DNA from: Macrostomum lignano
Taxonomy: Eukaryota
Assembly (NCBI GenBank): GCA_002269645.1
Contig: NIVC01000705.1
Coordinates: 1-64,000, forward strand
DNA length: 64,000 nucleotides
Direction of reading: 5' to 3'
The position numbers and the translations under genes were made by a program. Below, piece by piece: positions 37,501-64,000 of the stretch (position 1 is the first letter of the stretch; every line of letters starts with the position of its first letter). The notes under the pieces are model-generated. The model had not been told where the DNA came from and made no database searches. It saw nothing but the letters and a program-made list of their open reading frames with translations.

Positions 37501-37830
37501 AGTCAACCTACTGTCTGAGTACTAGCACTGCTGCGCTGCAGTGTACCCAATAGACCTAGAACAATGGCAATGCGGTGCCTGCCCAAATAGCATTAGGCCA
37601 AGGCCTATATACACCATGCGCCCATTTTAACACAACTGATGCAATGACACAAGATCGAATAGGCCTAATTGTTCTATGTGGCCACTTTATGTGTGGCTGT
37701 TTTGTGCCATTTTTTGACTGAAATATCTCTGGACTTATTATGGAATCTAAAATCCAAATTTGGGATGCCACTCTGAAATTTGGTGGGCCTTTAGCTAGAC
37801 ACACGCACAAATAGGAATAGGCCTACTTCG
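34600..37830. other. AT-rich, CpG-depleted, TAGGCCTA-rich domain
   Basis: I found one CpG between 34600 and 36975 (at 35389). There are ten TAGGCCTA copies between 35927 and 37825. Confidence 0.8.
36962..37264. mobile_element. Old MITE (~300 bp) with 64-bp imperfect TIRs
   Basis: Arms 36962-37025 and 37201-37264 are reverse complements with 9 mismatches. TSD unclear. Confidence 0.75.
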
Positions 37831-40800
37831 GCTTTGGCCTTCTTAAGTGATATATATTTAATTTACTAATACCCACTTGCTCCACAGTAGACGATGGAAA
37901 TCTTTTCAAGAATTGTCATACCCATTCTCGACATACTGGTTTCAGCTGACTCAGCTCATTCAGCTGCTCTAATTTTTTAGGCTTGAAACAATGGACAAGC
38001 AAGTCAAGGAGCTGACTGACTGAATTTAATTCGATCAACTTTATTGGATATTTGGGTCGTTCGCAAATTCTAGGAGGAGCAAAAAATTTAACAATTTTCC
38101 GAACATTTACTATTGTTACTGCCATATTGAAAATAATAGGACACTTTTATCTGTGAATAAAGATAATTTTTGGGTTAAACTTTATCATGCAAAAGTGTTT
38201 TTTAATCATCTGGCGGTATTAAGCGATAATTAGCGATGAAAAAAATCAAATTCAATCATTTCACCGATGTTAATTTTTGGTACTACAAGATGTCTGTAGC
38301 TAAAAAAAAGTTGTTGTTGTGTTGAAACCTTGCTATATTACATTTAAAATGAAAGCTTATATAAATTTAATTTAAGATTTTTTTAAAGCTCAATAAACTG
38401 CACTATAAATGATTTTATAGACGCTTAACTGTATGCCTAGCATTTCCGGTGGGATAGCCTCTTTGCGTCTCACAAAATGTATTTTTTCAGCTGACGTCTA
38501 GAATGTGCGCTTAAAATGATACATTTTGATGCAGATAATTAGAAAAACATGTCTTTTTATCTTTTTGTAAAAAATTGTTATGAAATAGAGCACTATTGTT
38601 GATAAAAATAATTAAAAGCAACCATGCATCGCAATAAACTCCTACTTTGAAGCACAAAATAAATATCCTGTAACCACACTAGCATTCTCCATGGAGCACC
38701 TTTTGAGCTGAAATTTTACACAGATATCCAGTAAAGTAAACTGAGCAAATGATTTTTTTTGTTTTTGAAAATACTTCAATTTGGCTATGTATCAGTTAGT
38801 ACATTGGACATATTTATTATATTTTTATTAAAATCCTTGTAACCAAGCTACAGAGAAACATGTGCAAAACTGGACCTTGAAATTTGACCTGAATGATCAG
38901 CAAATGTGTATCTCGAAATGATTTTTTTTGTTTTCATCAAGTCATTCTATGCTAATTTTTTCTGAAGGTAAAGATACCATATATTTAGAGTCAATAGGGG
39001 AAGCATTTAGACTTATTCAATAGTCATTAAAATTGCAACTATATTATTATAATATAGTAATAATATTATACATGTATTATATAGTAATATTAACTTCTAA
39101 GATGCCCTTATAAATTTAAGTAAAGACAACAGGCCTTAATTAATTAATCAGCATTTTGAAGAAACTGACCTTATACAGATGGGCCCCAAGCTAAGAAATG
39201 AATGTAGAGCTTATTTCGTGTAAGGTATAAAAATCAATTTATTAAAATATTAAATACTTCTAATAAATTGGTTAAATTAGTTATTTACCTTGAATTAATT
39301 TAATTTTAATAATTAAATATATAAATTTGTTTCACTTCTTACTGCATTTAAATAGAGTACCTCTCTACTATACTATAGAAGTATAGTAAAAGTACATGGT
39401 AAAAAAGTATAGTAAAAAATTTTCTTTGGTTTAATCCCAGCTTGCCTCAGTTTTTTAGTCTTAATACGAGCTAGATAGTAAGTGTTGATTAATTTGCTCC
39501 ATCACCTTTTGCCACGGAAACAGCACATGTCGGACATGCAACACTCTTCCTGATCCCTGGATTCAAGATGACTGCTTCTGCTTCTTCAATGCTTGAAAAC
39601 TGAGCTCATGGAGCTTTAGGTTATGCTGTCAGAGTGCTGCTGCCGGTGCTGTGTGTGTATGTGTGTGTCTTCTGCGGGTAGGTTCCATGTCCCTCAGTTT
39701 AGCCACTGTTGTGGGCTAACTGGAGGAATTGCCGTTGTCGGTGCTGCAGGTGGCACTGCATGGTAGTATTGACGCTGTCAGTGACGCTGGCAAAGGCTTG
39801 GACGAAGCTAGGTGCCGTCATTGTCAGAAGGACATGCGTGTGCTGCTTAGACCAGTGCGCACATTCGACTGGACTCGTATCTGGTGCAGTCTGGTGTATT
39901 CACTGAGATTGTGTGGGTCTGCCTCCTCGCATCACCTCAACCAGGCTCAATTTCTTTTGTAGAATTTTCGTGCGCTGCTTAACTGCATCTTGTGCCTGCT
40001 GAGTGATGCCAAGAATTGTGCCACACAATAATTTGGCCCATAAACTACTCGTATATTATACATATGTATGCACAGCACACACACACGCAGTTCATTCATA
40101 TTAAATGTACTAGTTAATGGAATTCTCATCTCATGAGCTCTAGTCTATGGACAAACCTGAAATTACTAGAATATCTAGATAGATCTAAACTTCTTTGAGC
40201 AGCGCGTTGCGCTGCGAGCAAAATACATGTAGATTCCTTAGCGCAACTAATTAATAGTGTAGTACAGTCTACAGCCTGAAGTAGCCTGTGTAAGATGCGG
40301 AGGGATGATTTTTGCATAGGAAGCCACTACGGTAAGGTTGATGGAACTATGGGGAGGTGAGAGATTCAAAGCGAGGGACGGAAGCCATGCATAGTTCGAT
40401 CATAAGTTTGATTATTCCATGAGTCTGGGGATGCATTAACGAGAGGCGGACGAGAGCATAGAAATAAAGCGGGCTAAATATATTAATACACAAAATTACA
40501 TGTACTAGCTAGTAATTTCAGAATGGTCAGCGACTCCTCCGATTTGTATCCGCGACCGCGTGCCCACAAATCCCCCGGCAGACCCTGTCGCAGTTGGTGG
40601 TTGTGCACAGAATACAATGTTAATTTTCGAGCTTCTCTGCAAAAAATGCGTGATGCACTCAAGATGCGTGCTATAGTCTACTTCTTTGATTGATGGCTGG
40701 GTTTTGCCTTTTCGCTTGTGATCATCAAAAGCTTGGGCGTCATTGCTACTGGTGTTTCAGTGTGCGCATTATGTCTGGTTATCATATTATGTGCATGTGC

Positions 40801-43800
40801 AGTGTCTTTTACCTACATTTTTGTTTGTCTCTGTTTCCTGCATGCTCTTTCGCATTTTTACACCTCGCACACCCTCATTTTTCTCAATTAACAAGTGAAA
40901 TCTTTTTTAAAGACTAACTGCTATTTTAGTTAAGCTAGTAGGTTTTTGGTAATTAAATAATTCAATTTTGTCTATTTTCCAAAAAGTTTCAAAAAATGAA
41001 TTGATTAAAATAAATTTGAATTATTTTAAGTTAATTGGAGTAAAATGTCTAATAAGTAACTATAATTTTTTATTTTAAGTACATGCAGCTTTGGTATAAG
41101 TATTAATGTAATAAGTACTTAAAGTAAAATCAAGCAAGTTATAGTTTTCAGAAATTATGCTACAAATAATCAAATATATACTAGAATCCGAATTCCTTTA
41201 TTAAGGAACATGCAGTTGATATTAAATCCACAATGTGCTTTTTGGTGTTCAAGGATAGTTCCCTGACTTTTTCTATTATTAGTTAGATTTTATTATATTT
41301 AATGTAAAAATGAACAATTCTATTCACCGTAAAAATGAACATTCTTTATTTGTCGAATCATCTTGACTTTGAAAAGATACATAGTGAAAACTTGATTTTT
41401 AATTCAACCTTTCAAGACTTATTTAGACTTCTTAATTCAGTGATTAGTTAAACTGATCGAAGTCCTTTCGAGTGCATGCTATAATAATTTCGCACTTTTT
41501 CGCACACGATAATTTTAAATGTCTGGGATTTAGAGCAGAGTAACAAAATGCTGTGCTCAAAAACATTTCCTTTGTCAATTTCTTGTTCTTTTATTTTTGC
41601 AAAAGAAATTTAACTGCATATTTAAAATAAAAATAGAAGAAAATTTTATTTTCTCTTTAATATTTTTGTCGTTTATTTTCCGCAACAAAGAATAACAAAT
41701 AGCCTTGATTTCTTCTCAATTTCAAGTTTTCTTGTGGTTTTAGTAGCAGCTTCTTACAGAAATTGTCGAAATAATTTTTTTTGTACGATTATTGGTCGAT
41801 GTATAAACTTTTTTTGCAATAACAAAAAGTTGTGACCTAGCTTTGAGAACGACCCATTTCGAATTTTAGGGGAACAGCTCATACTATAACGAAACGACAC
41901 TCATTTTGTCAAAAAAAATTAATAGAAGCAGTGCAAAAAGCATATAAACTTGTTGTGCATCCAATGCATTAGGCAAAAAGTATAGTTGGCCTTTCCCAGT
42001 ATGTGTTTTAGTTAGCAATCAAATATCGTGCTTACTAGATTTCAACTTTAAAACATTTTCTAGGAAAGCAACACGTGGTAAGAAAAAGCAAAATCGCACC
42101 ATCCTTCAGTTTTAATCCAGACTTTTGGGTGCAAATGCATGATATCCACTGCATTCAAACGTGGCCTGTCGTGATGAATCTGTCATCGTGCTGCTAGATT
42201 TATGCGCGTGTTGTCTTTTACTTTGACTTTTTTTTAATATCTATTTGCTCCTCTTGTAGTTGCATTTTGACCTTTTTAAACATTTTTTTAATATTTCTAA
42301 CTGATTTTAGTGACTAATATTGAAAAAAATTGTGTGATACATGAAAATTACCTAGCAAATGTTATTTAAACGTTTTTATTTAAGGAGTTTTATCAGATAT
42401 TCTGAAGGGAACTAAAGTAATAAACTGCACATGTTTGTTTTTTCTTTGAATTAAACACTTTTGATTCTTTTGAAATAATATGATATGATTTGAACTTTTG
42501 ATTTGATATGATATGATATGAACTTTTGAAAACATTGCTATGATACAAAATAAAACAAATTACAATAAGTGTGGTAACTTGAACTACATGAAGCTATTTT
42601 TAAAATGATAAATATAAAATGTTTGCTATACTTCATGGCAAGCTCTTAAAACTGAATTAGAGTTTAAAAGTTAGAAACACTGGAAATTTTACTAGAAACA
42701 CTAGTAAAATTGAGTTTTTTCTTGTTCTAGTTTCCTAGTTCCCTTTACTTTAAAGGAAAGGGACTATAAAACTAAATGAAATAGATAAGGCCTCTGTTAT
42801 GAACTTGAAAGCAAGAGATTTGAATTATGAGCATGCTTGTTATTTGATATTTAGTAAAACACAACTGTATATTAAACATAATCAATAGTTTTTTTATATT
42901 TGAGAGTCTTTTTTCATTGTTTTCTGTAAGTGTTAGATTTTATTTAGGCAATTTTTTTAAATACAAGAGATAGTTTCATCAGTATGGAATATAACTGTTC
43001 CTCTTAGAATTATAGCATTCTGAATTCTCATGTCATTTCAGTTGAGATGAATAATTTTAGTTTTCTTGGTACTTTTCATAATTGATGTATTGTACAGTAT
43101 AGAAAAAATAGAGTAACATGCTTAAGGCTTGTTAGGCCCTATGCAAATCTGTGATGTAAATATCCATGAATGATTGTAGTAATTGGGTGCCCATAAATTA
43201 GTAATAATATCAGATTTTTTAAGTGGTATAGTAAATACAAAATAGGCAAGGTTAGGTAGTAATGCTGCCCACTGCAAGACTAAGTTTATGATATATTGAT
43301 TTATTGGCAGATATGCATAAAAAGTTGAGATATAATTAAAATTATATGGTTTCAAAAGACAAAAAAGCTCAACATAAGAGACTGCTAGTTCGCAATTTTT
43401 TTCAAGTTATTGTCACTCGTGAAGTAAATATTACAATAGTTAGAGATGCCTGAGAGAGAAAGAGAGAGCGGTTCCTCTCAATCAATTACTGTATCATTTA
43501 AACAGAAGCGCTCATCCATCTTCCTGGTTATTCATTCCACTGCAGATTTTCCTCAACATCCCAGGCTCCGAAACCCTCGCTTCATCTGAAATTCATTCCC
43601 GTCTGTTTATTTGCATCGTCAAACCTTGCCATTGTAGTTTTATATATCATAAGGTCGCCTCTCTTCATCTCTGCGGAGTTTACAAAGCTCAGAGTCTCTC
43701 TCCCCTGTCTCTACCCTATTCTCGTCTCATTCTACTCTCAATACTAATATAGTTTATATAGTTTAAGTTATAAATGGCACTGCCGTGCATCAGAAGTCCT

Positions 43801-44603
43801 GCAGCTTAATAGTGTTTGTTCTGGTCTACTAAGAGCGCTGAGTGGGCTCTTGGATCCAGGACTGTATATGCAGAGTAGGTGACGTGTAGGCAGGCAGAAC
43901 CTACGACAAGCTTTGCTGCCATGGTGAATGAGAATTGAGAAGGAAGGAAATTTAGGGGGTAGAAAAGCCGGTTTAAGCCAGCCCAAATGGGTTGGAAAAT
44001 GCGATTTGGAAAGAAAGGAAAGCAGTTTTTTGTGAAGGGGAGCCAGAGAGTTTATTGATCGGCGGGGTGGAGGTGGCAGGCGGGGTGGAGAGGTGGATTT
44101 GAGCAGCTCTAGTTTGGTTGGTTTTAAAAATAGTTCCCTTTGCTCTTATTGTGTTGTGCAGTGACAGATTTTCCTCTTCAGGAATTGAGGGGGGGAAGAG
44201 ATGAGGTGGATGGCGCGTCTTTTTCTTTCTGTTACTCTGACATTTCTAACCCACCTGTGTAGCCCCCCCCCCGATCGCTCTCTCTCTCTACCTCTCTCCT
44301 ACCTGAGTCCAGTACATGCCGTGTACTGCAGCGCTGCTTTGGCATTAATAGCAATCCCCTAATGCTTAGAGGTACAAGTTAGGAGAACCAGCCGATTTCT
44401 ATAAGCTTGAATATCATAATAATAAATCATCCATGGCTATTTGGAATGTCTAAATCCTCCAATTCTTAATTTTCTTTACCTTTTCTCTCTTCAGTGAGAT
44501 ATTTTTCGTCAAAGTGCAAGGCTAACAATGGTCTTGTCGCTTTATGCTTTTAATGAGTAACTTATTCAAGGCCGAGTTCGAGTTGCCCGCTCTGCTCTGA
44601 GGG

Positions 44604-57832
<13,229 letters not shown>

Positions 57833-58099
57833 AATATGAATTCGGTGAAGGTTTCCTTCTTGCGCCTCAATGCACAATTACTTTAAATATTTTTTTGCTT
57901 TCTTAGATTTTCTTTATAGTTAGCAAAGTTTTTGCAACGCCTTTACTTACAGTAGTGTACGGGATATTAGTATCTATTTACTTTGCATTCCCATTATTTT
58001 TCTATCCGAGGTAGAGAAGCATGCGGGGTTTTTCAGCCCAACAGAGAGGGACGCGTATTGCTATAAAAATTTTGTACAACTTTTTTGCGTCTTTAAAAC

Positions 58100-59140
58100 C
58101 TTACCACCTGACGCCCCCGATTTGGCGCCACTGACACCCCCGATTTGGCGCCACTGACACCCCCGATTTGGCCCTACTGACACCCCCGATTTGGTGCCCC
58201 TGACACCCCCGATTTGGCCCTACTGACACCCCCGATTTGGCCCTACTGACACCCCCGATTTGGCCGTACTGACACCCCCGATTTGGCCCTACTGACACCC
58301 CCGATTTGGTGCCCCTGACACCCCCGATTTGGCCCTACTGACACCCCCGATTTGGTGCCCTTGACACCCCCGATTTGGCCCTACTGACACCCCCGATTTG
58401 ACCCTACTGACACCCCGATTTGGCCCTACTGACACCCCCGATTTGGCGCCACTGACACCCCGATTTGACCCTACTGACACCCCCGATTTGGCCGTGCTGA
58501 CACCCCCGATTTGGCGCCACTGACACCCCCGATTTGGCGCCACTGACACCCCCGATTTGGCGCCACTGACACCCCCGATTTGGCGCCACTGACACCCCCG
58601 ATTTGGCGCCACTGACACCCCCGATTTGGCCGTACTGACACCCCCGATTTGGCGCCACTGACACCCCCGATTTGGCCGTACTGACACCCCCGATTTGGCG
58701 CCACTGACACCCCCGATTTGGCCCTACTGACACCCCGATTTGGCGCCACTGATACCCCCGATTTGGCCGTACTGACACCCCCGATTTGGCGCCACTGACA
58801 CCCCCGATTTGGCCGTACTGACACCCCCGATTTGGCGCCACTGACACCCCCGATTTGGCCCTACTGACACCCCGATTTGGCCGTACTGACACCCCGATTT
58901 GGCCCTACTGACACCCCGATTTGGCCGTACTGACACCCCGATTTGGCCCTACTGACACCCCCGATTTGGCCCTACTGACACCCCCGATTTGGCCGTACTG
59001 ACACCCCCGATTTGGCCTTACTGACACCCCCGATTTGGCGCCCCTGACACCTCCGATTTAGCGCTACTGACACCCCCGATTTGGCCGTACTGACACCCCC
59101 GATTTGGCATTCCTGACACCCCCGATTTAGCGCCACTTAC
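58100..59140 (+). repeat. 21-bp (20-bp variant) minisatellite CTGACACCCCCGATTTGGC(CC/CG/GC)(T/C)A, ~48 copies
   Basis: Direct tandem repeats. Confidence 0.97.
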
Positions 59141-59714
59141 ACCCAAAAAAGGCGCCTGTGACACCCCCAAACTGGCGCCGCCGTCTCTCGGGTCCTGAAT
59201 GCTCCTCTGCTTCAAATCCAATTTCGAATTGTCCACGATGGGCAATGAAAAGAAACAAATTATTTTTTGATTTGCTTCTTTTCAATTTTTCTTCTTTTCG
59301 ATATTTTGATACGAAAATTAAGAGTTTTTCTATTTTTTCTCGGCTGTGATAGCGGAACATACTACTGGCTTGATTCGTCAGTAGTATAATCTAATGCGTC
59401 ATAAAGCAAAAGAGCTATTTACAAAATGCAATATTTTTCCCGGCTTTTTACAACTAATAGTAAAGAACCTGTCAGGGGCCTTCTGCTTTTTCTAGGTTTC
59501 AATTCTTTTTCGAAATTTCGTGTTATTTTTTATCAGTCAAAAGTCACTACTGATTTGACCTGGCTTCAATGCACAGTGCTTGTAAAATTGTTTTTTGTTT
59601 CTTTTGTTTGTTTTTCTAATTTGGTCTTTGTCATTATATTCGTGTTGTGTTTTCCAAGAAACATTGTTGTGTGTGTGCGAACTTTCACTGTCAGTTTTAC
59701 AGTCAGTGATTACC

Positions 59715-60900
59715 TACCACCTGCCACCTGAACTATCACCTGAACTACCACCTGAACTACCACCTGAACTACCACCTTATCTACCAACTAACTACCACCT
59801 GAACTATCACCTGAACTACCACCTGAACTACCACCTGAACTACCACCTTATCTACCAACTAACTACCACCTGAACTATCACCTGAACTACCACCTGAACT
59901 ACCACCTGAACTACCACCTTATCTACCAACTAACTACCACCTGAACTACTACCTGAACTACCACCTTATCTACCAACTAACTACCACCTGAACTACTACC
60001 TGAACTACCACCTTATCTACCAACTAACTACCACCTGAACTACTACCTGAACTACCACCTTATCTACCAACTAACTACCACCTGAACTACTACCTGAAAT
60101 ACCACCTGAACTACCACCTGAACTTCCACCTGAAATATCACCTGAACTTCCACCTGAACTACCACCTGAAATACCACCTGAACTACCACCTGAACTTCCA
60201 CCTGAACTACCACCTGAAATATCACCTGAACTTCCACCTGAACTACCACCTGAAATACCACCTGAACTACCACCTGAACTTCCACCTGAACTACCACCTG
60301 AAATATCACCTGAACTACCACCTGAACTTCCACCTGAACTACCACCTGAAATACCACTGAACTTCCACCTGAACTACCACCTGAACTACCACCTGAAATA
60401 TCACCTGAACTGCCACCTGAACTACCACCTGAACTACCACCTGAACTACCACCTGAAATATCACCTGAACTACCACCTGAAATATCACCTGAACTACCAC
60501 CTGAACTTCCACCTGAACTACCACCTGAAATACCACTGAACTTCCACCTGAACTACCACCTGAACTACCACCTGAAATACCACCTGAAATACCACCTGAA
60601 ATACCACTGAACTTCCACCTGAACTACCACCTGAAATATCACCTGAACTGCCACCTGAACTACCACCTGAACTACCACCTTAACTACCACCTGAAATATC
60701 ACCTGAACTACCACCTGAAATATCACCTGAACTACCACCTGAACTTCCACCTGAACTACCACCTGAAATACCACTGAACTTCCACCTGAACTACCACCTG
60801 AACTACCACCTGAAATACCACCTGAAATACCACCTGAAATACCACTGAACTTCCACCTGAACTACCACCTGAAATACCACCTGAAATACCACCTGAACTA
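59715..60900 (+). repeat. 12-bp minisatellite CCACCTGAACTA with variants, ~95 copies
   Basis: Direct tandem repeats; source of the VQVV-type ORFs. Confidence 0.97.
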
Positions 60901-61520
60901 CCCACTAGCACGATCCCAATATTGTGATTTTCTATTTGAAGGCCAGAATAATATGGTTATGCGTTACCTTTTTATTTCTTTAAACAACTGATTCTCTGTA
61001 CTGCTCAATGTGAGTCAAATTGCTCAGCTGTTACCATAGCGACTAAACCCTACTCACCTAGTTAATTGTAAGCAAAAGAATTCCTTTTCCTTTCTGCCTT
61101 AGTAGCGAAACAAAGTCGCGCTTAAAATGTATAATGGCACACAGCAGCACTTATGCAACTTGCAACCTTTTCAGGTTCGCCTGAAAACCTTTCATCTACG
61201 CAAAAAAGTGCAAACTGTACTTTGAATTTCAATCTCCTATCGCCTTAAAACATACCTAGATTTTGAAAAATTTGCTTCGGCTGTCACAATGGACACTGCG
61301 CACAAGTTTTCAGCAGATTTTACTGTCTATATTTTTTGAATTTCAATTCATTCGAATTTGTTGCTTGTGTCCAAATAGAGATTTGAAGAATTTAGCAAAT
61401 ATTTTTCTTTGAGAGTTTTTTAACGAGCTGTAATTTCCCAACTTTTATATGACGATTGACTAATCGCCTGTTTCTTGCTTTTCAAGTTTTTTCAACAATT
61501 TTCAATATATAACACTATCA

Positions 61521-62040
61521 AGCTACCTGAATCATCAGGCTACCTGAATCATCAGGCTACCTGAATCATCAGGCTACCTGAATCATCAGGCTACCTGAAT
61601 CATCAGGCTACCTGAATCATCAGGCTACCTGAATCATCAGGCTACCTGAATCATCAGGCTACCTGAATCATCAGGCTACCTGAATCATCAGGCTACCTGA
61701 ATCATCAGGCTACCTGAATCATCAGGCTACCTGAATCATCAGGCTACCTGAATCATCAGGCTACCTGAATCATCAGGCTACCTGAATCATCAGGCTACCT
61801 GAATCATCAGGCTACCTGAATCATCAGGCTACCTGAATCATCAGGCTACCTGAATCATCAGGCTACCTGAATCATCAGGCTACCTGAATCATCAGGCTAC
61901 CTGAATCATCAGGCTACCTGAATCATCAGGCTACCTGAATCATCAGGCTACCTGAATCATCAGGCTACCTGAATCATCAGGCTACCTGAATCATCAGGCT
62001 ACCTGAATCATCAGGCTACCTGAACCCTCAGGTTACCTAT
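61521..62040 (+). repeat. Homogeneous 17-bp minisatellite CTACCTGAATCATCAGG, ~30 copies, each containing the palindrome CCTGA-N4-TCAGG
   Basis: Period 17 (CTGAATC at 61561 and 61578); no internal variants seen. Confidence 0.97.
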
Positions 62041-62444
62041 GCTTTCCGTGACCGTTGATCTATCAGTCCTGTTTGCACCCTGCACGCTCAGGACTGCACA
62101 GTAATACAACAAACCTTTTCCAAGCCAAGTGATTTAGCCTCATGGTGAGTTCCAGCACAATTGGATAAGCTTGTTATGAGAATGATGTCATGCCAAGCTC
62201 AGCTCAGCTCATCGCTCTCTTCTGAAAGAGTAACCTGTGTCCATACTCTTTATTAGATTGAACTCGAACGCTTGTCAGTCACGCAAGCTCCATCCTCAAA
62301 GCTCTGACAGTCAGCCTCGATGCTGTTTCTCCTCGTTTTGTCTGATCCTCTGCTTCCGCATCCGCCTTGTTGCTTTGTGCTTGTTCGTGTCTGATCTATC
62401 CCTGACTGACTGGTGCTTAGGGACTCTGCTCTTCGTGCCGACCT

Positions 62445-63410
62445 CTACTCCCTGCTCTCCCGGTGCTCTACTCCCCTCTCCCTGTGCTCTACTCCCCTCT
62501 CCCTGTGCTCTACTCCCTCTCACTGTGCTCTACTCCCCTCTCCCTGTGCTCTACTCCCCTCTCCCTGTGCTCTACTCCCCTCTCCCTGTGCTCTACTCTC
62601 CTCTCACTGTGCTCTACTCCCCTCTCCCTGTGCTCTACTCCCCTCTCCCTGTGCTCTACTCCCCTCTCCCTGTGCTCTACTCCCCTCTCCCTGTGCTCTA
62701 CTCCCCTCTCCCTGTGCTCTACTCCCTCTCACTGTGCTCTACTCTCCTCTCACTGTGCTCTACTCCCCTCTCCCTGTGCTCTACTCCCCTCTCCCTGTGC
62801 TCTACTCCCCTCTCCCTGTGCTCTACTCCCCTCTCCCTGTGCTCTACTCCCTCTCACTGTGCTCTACTCTCCTCTCACTGTGCTCTACTCTCCTCTCACT
62901 GTGCTCTATTCCCCTCTCCCTGTGCTCTACTCTCCTCTCACTGTGCTCTACTCTCCTCTCCCTGTGCTCTACTCTCCTCTCACTGTGCTCTACTCCCCTC
63001 TCACTGTGCTCTACTCTCCTCTCCCTGTGCTCTACTCCCCTCTCCCTGTGCTCTACTCCCTCTCACTGTGCTCTACTCTCCTCTCCCGGTGCTCTACTCC
63101 CCTCTCCCTGTGCTCTACTCCCCTCTCCCTGTGCTCTACTCCCCTCTCCCTGTGCTCTACTCCCTGCTCTCCCTGTGCTCTACTCCCCTCTCCCTGTGCT
63201 CTACTCCCCTCTCCCTGTGCTCTACTCCCTGCTCTCCCTGCTCTCCCGGTGCTCTACTCCCCTCTCCCTGTGCTCTACTCCCCTCTCCCTGTGCTCTACT
63301 CCCCTCTCCCTGTGCTCTACTCCCCTCTCCCTGTACTCTACTCCCCTCTCCCTGTGCTCTACTCCCCTCTCCCTGTGCTCTACTCCCTGCTCTCCCTGCT
63401 GTCCCTGTGC
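62445..63410 (+). repeat. 21-bp CT-rich minisatellite CTCTACTCCCCTCTCCCTGTG, ~45 copies
   Basis: Direct tandem repeats; source of the 361-495 aa ORFs. Confidence 0.97.
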
Positions 63411-64000
63411 TCTACTTTACCCTCTCCATACTTTACTCAACTCTCCCTATACCCTACTCTACTCTCCTATACTCTATTCTACTCTTCTCCCCCTATAATC
63501 TATTCTCCTTGCACTCATCTAATCAATTATCCCGTCTTCCTCAGATTGGCTTACGTCATGCGTTAAACAAAGAGGCGCCTCATTTAGTAACACTTCCCCT
63601 CGCTATGAACCGAGCAGGCACTGTATACCTGATTGTGAAAAGCTTTCATTGTCAAATTACAGTGCGCCGGCATACAAGAGAGCGGTACACTTGCTTGACG
63701 CGTGGCGGGTTATTTTCGATTTAGCGGCCTCTATAGCTTAAAAGACTATGCCACCTCGTGATAGTTACAAACACTCCCACTAATTAGTTATTTCAGTCTG
63801 TTTTCAGATAGCTAGTTCTATTCAATTAGCTAATTAGGTATTTAGCAGCTGCAGTAATGTAGCCTAAACTCTCATTCTAGCGGTTTTTTAGGATAGCTCG
63901 TAATCCACGCGTGATCGTGGATAAAAATTAATCATAAGTAAATTGGGTACTGCACAGCTGACGCCACTTGATTCTTGGCGTCCCTTTAATTCTTGGCGCC

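Noticed and set aside
61521-62040. CRISPR-like array of palindromic repeats
   Set aside because: There are no unique spacers and no cas genes; this is a head-to-tail 17-bp tandem in a eukaryote.

Overview
Eukaryotic (metazoan, invertebrate-style) genomic DNA. It has spliced genes with GT-AG introns, Ala/Gln/Gly-rich exons, TTAGGG repeats and very dense mini/microsatellites. The style resembles the flatworm Macrostomum, but that is an inference. No CRISPR, rRNA or true tRNA genes were seen. Genes I could reconstruct with consistent intron phases: (1) 3' exons of a RIM/unc-10-like C2B protein carrying a 1-nt frameshift (207-3904, +); (2) a two-exon SUMO-like-domain protein (8366-9740, +); (3) an intact, intron-containing CryptonA/DUF3504-type tyrosine recombinase (14656-13200, -) with a perfect hairpin and repeated GCCATAGA motifs upstream and two sibling MITEs downstream; (4) a tentative multi-exon membrane-protein gene (16.5-26.3 kb, +); (5) a zinc-finger/RGG gene (34558-31176, -) whose intron holds a 1.6-kb foldback element; (6) an 11-exon Milton/TRAK gene (44604-57832, +) with a different tandem array in almost every intron. 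Other notable items are a CpG-desert, TAGGCCTA-rich block (34.6-37.8 kb, with another at 42.4-43.4 kb), three CORE-SINE copies, and a dispersed over-represented 10-mer TACGAGCGTA. Most long entries in the ORF track are artefacts of tandem repeats.
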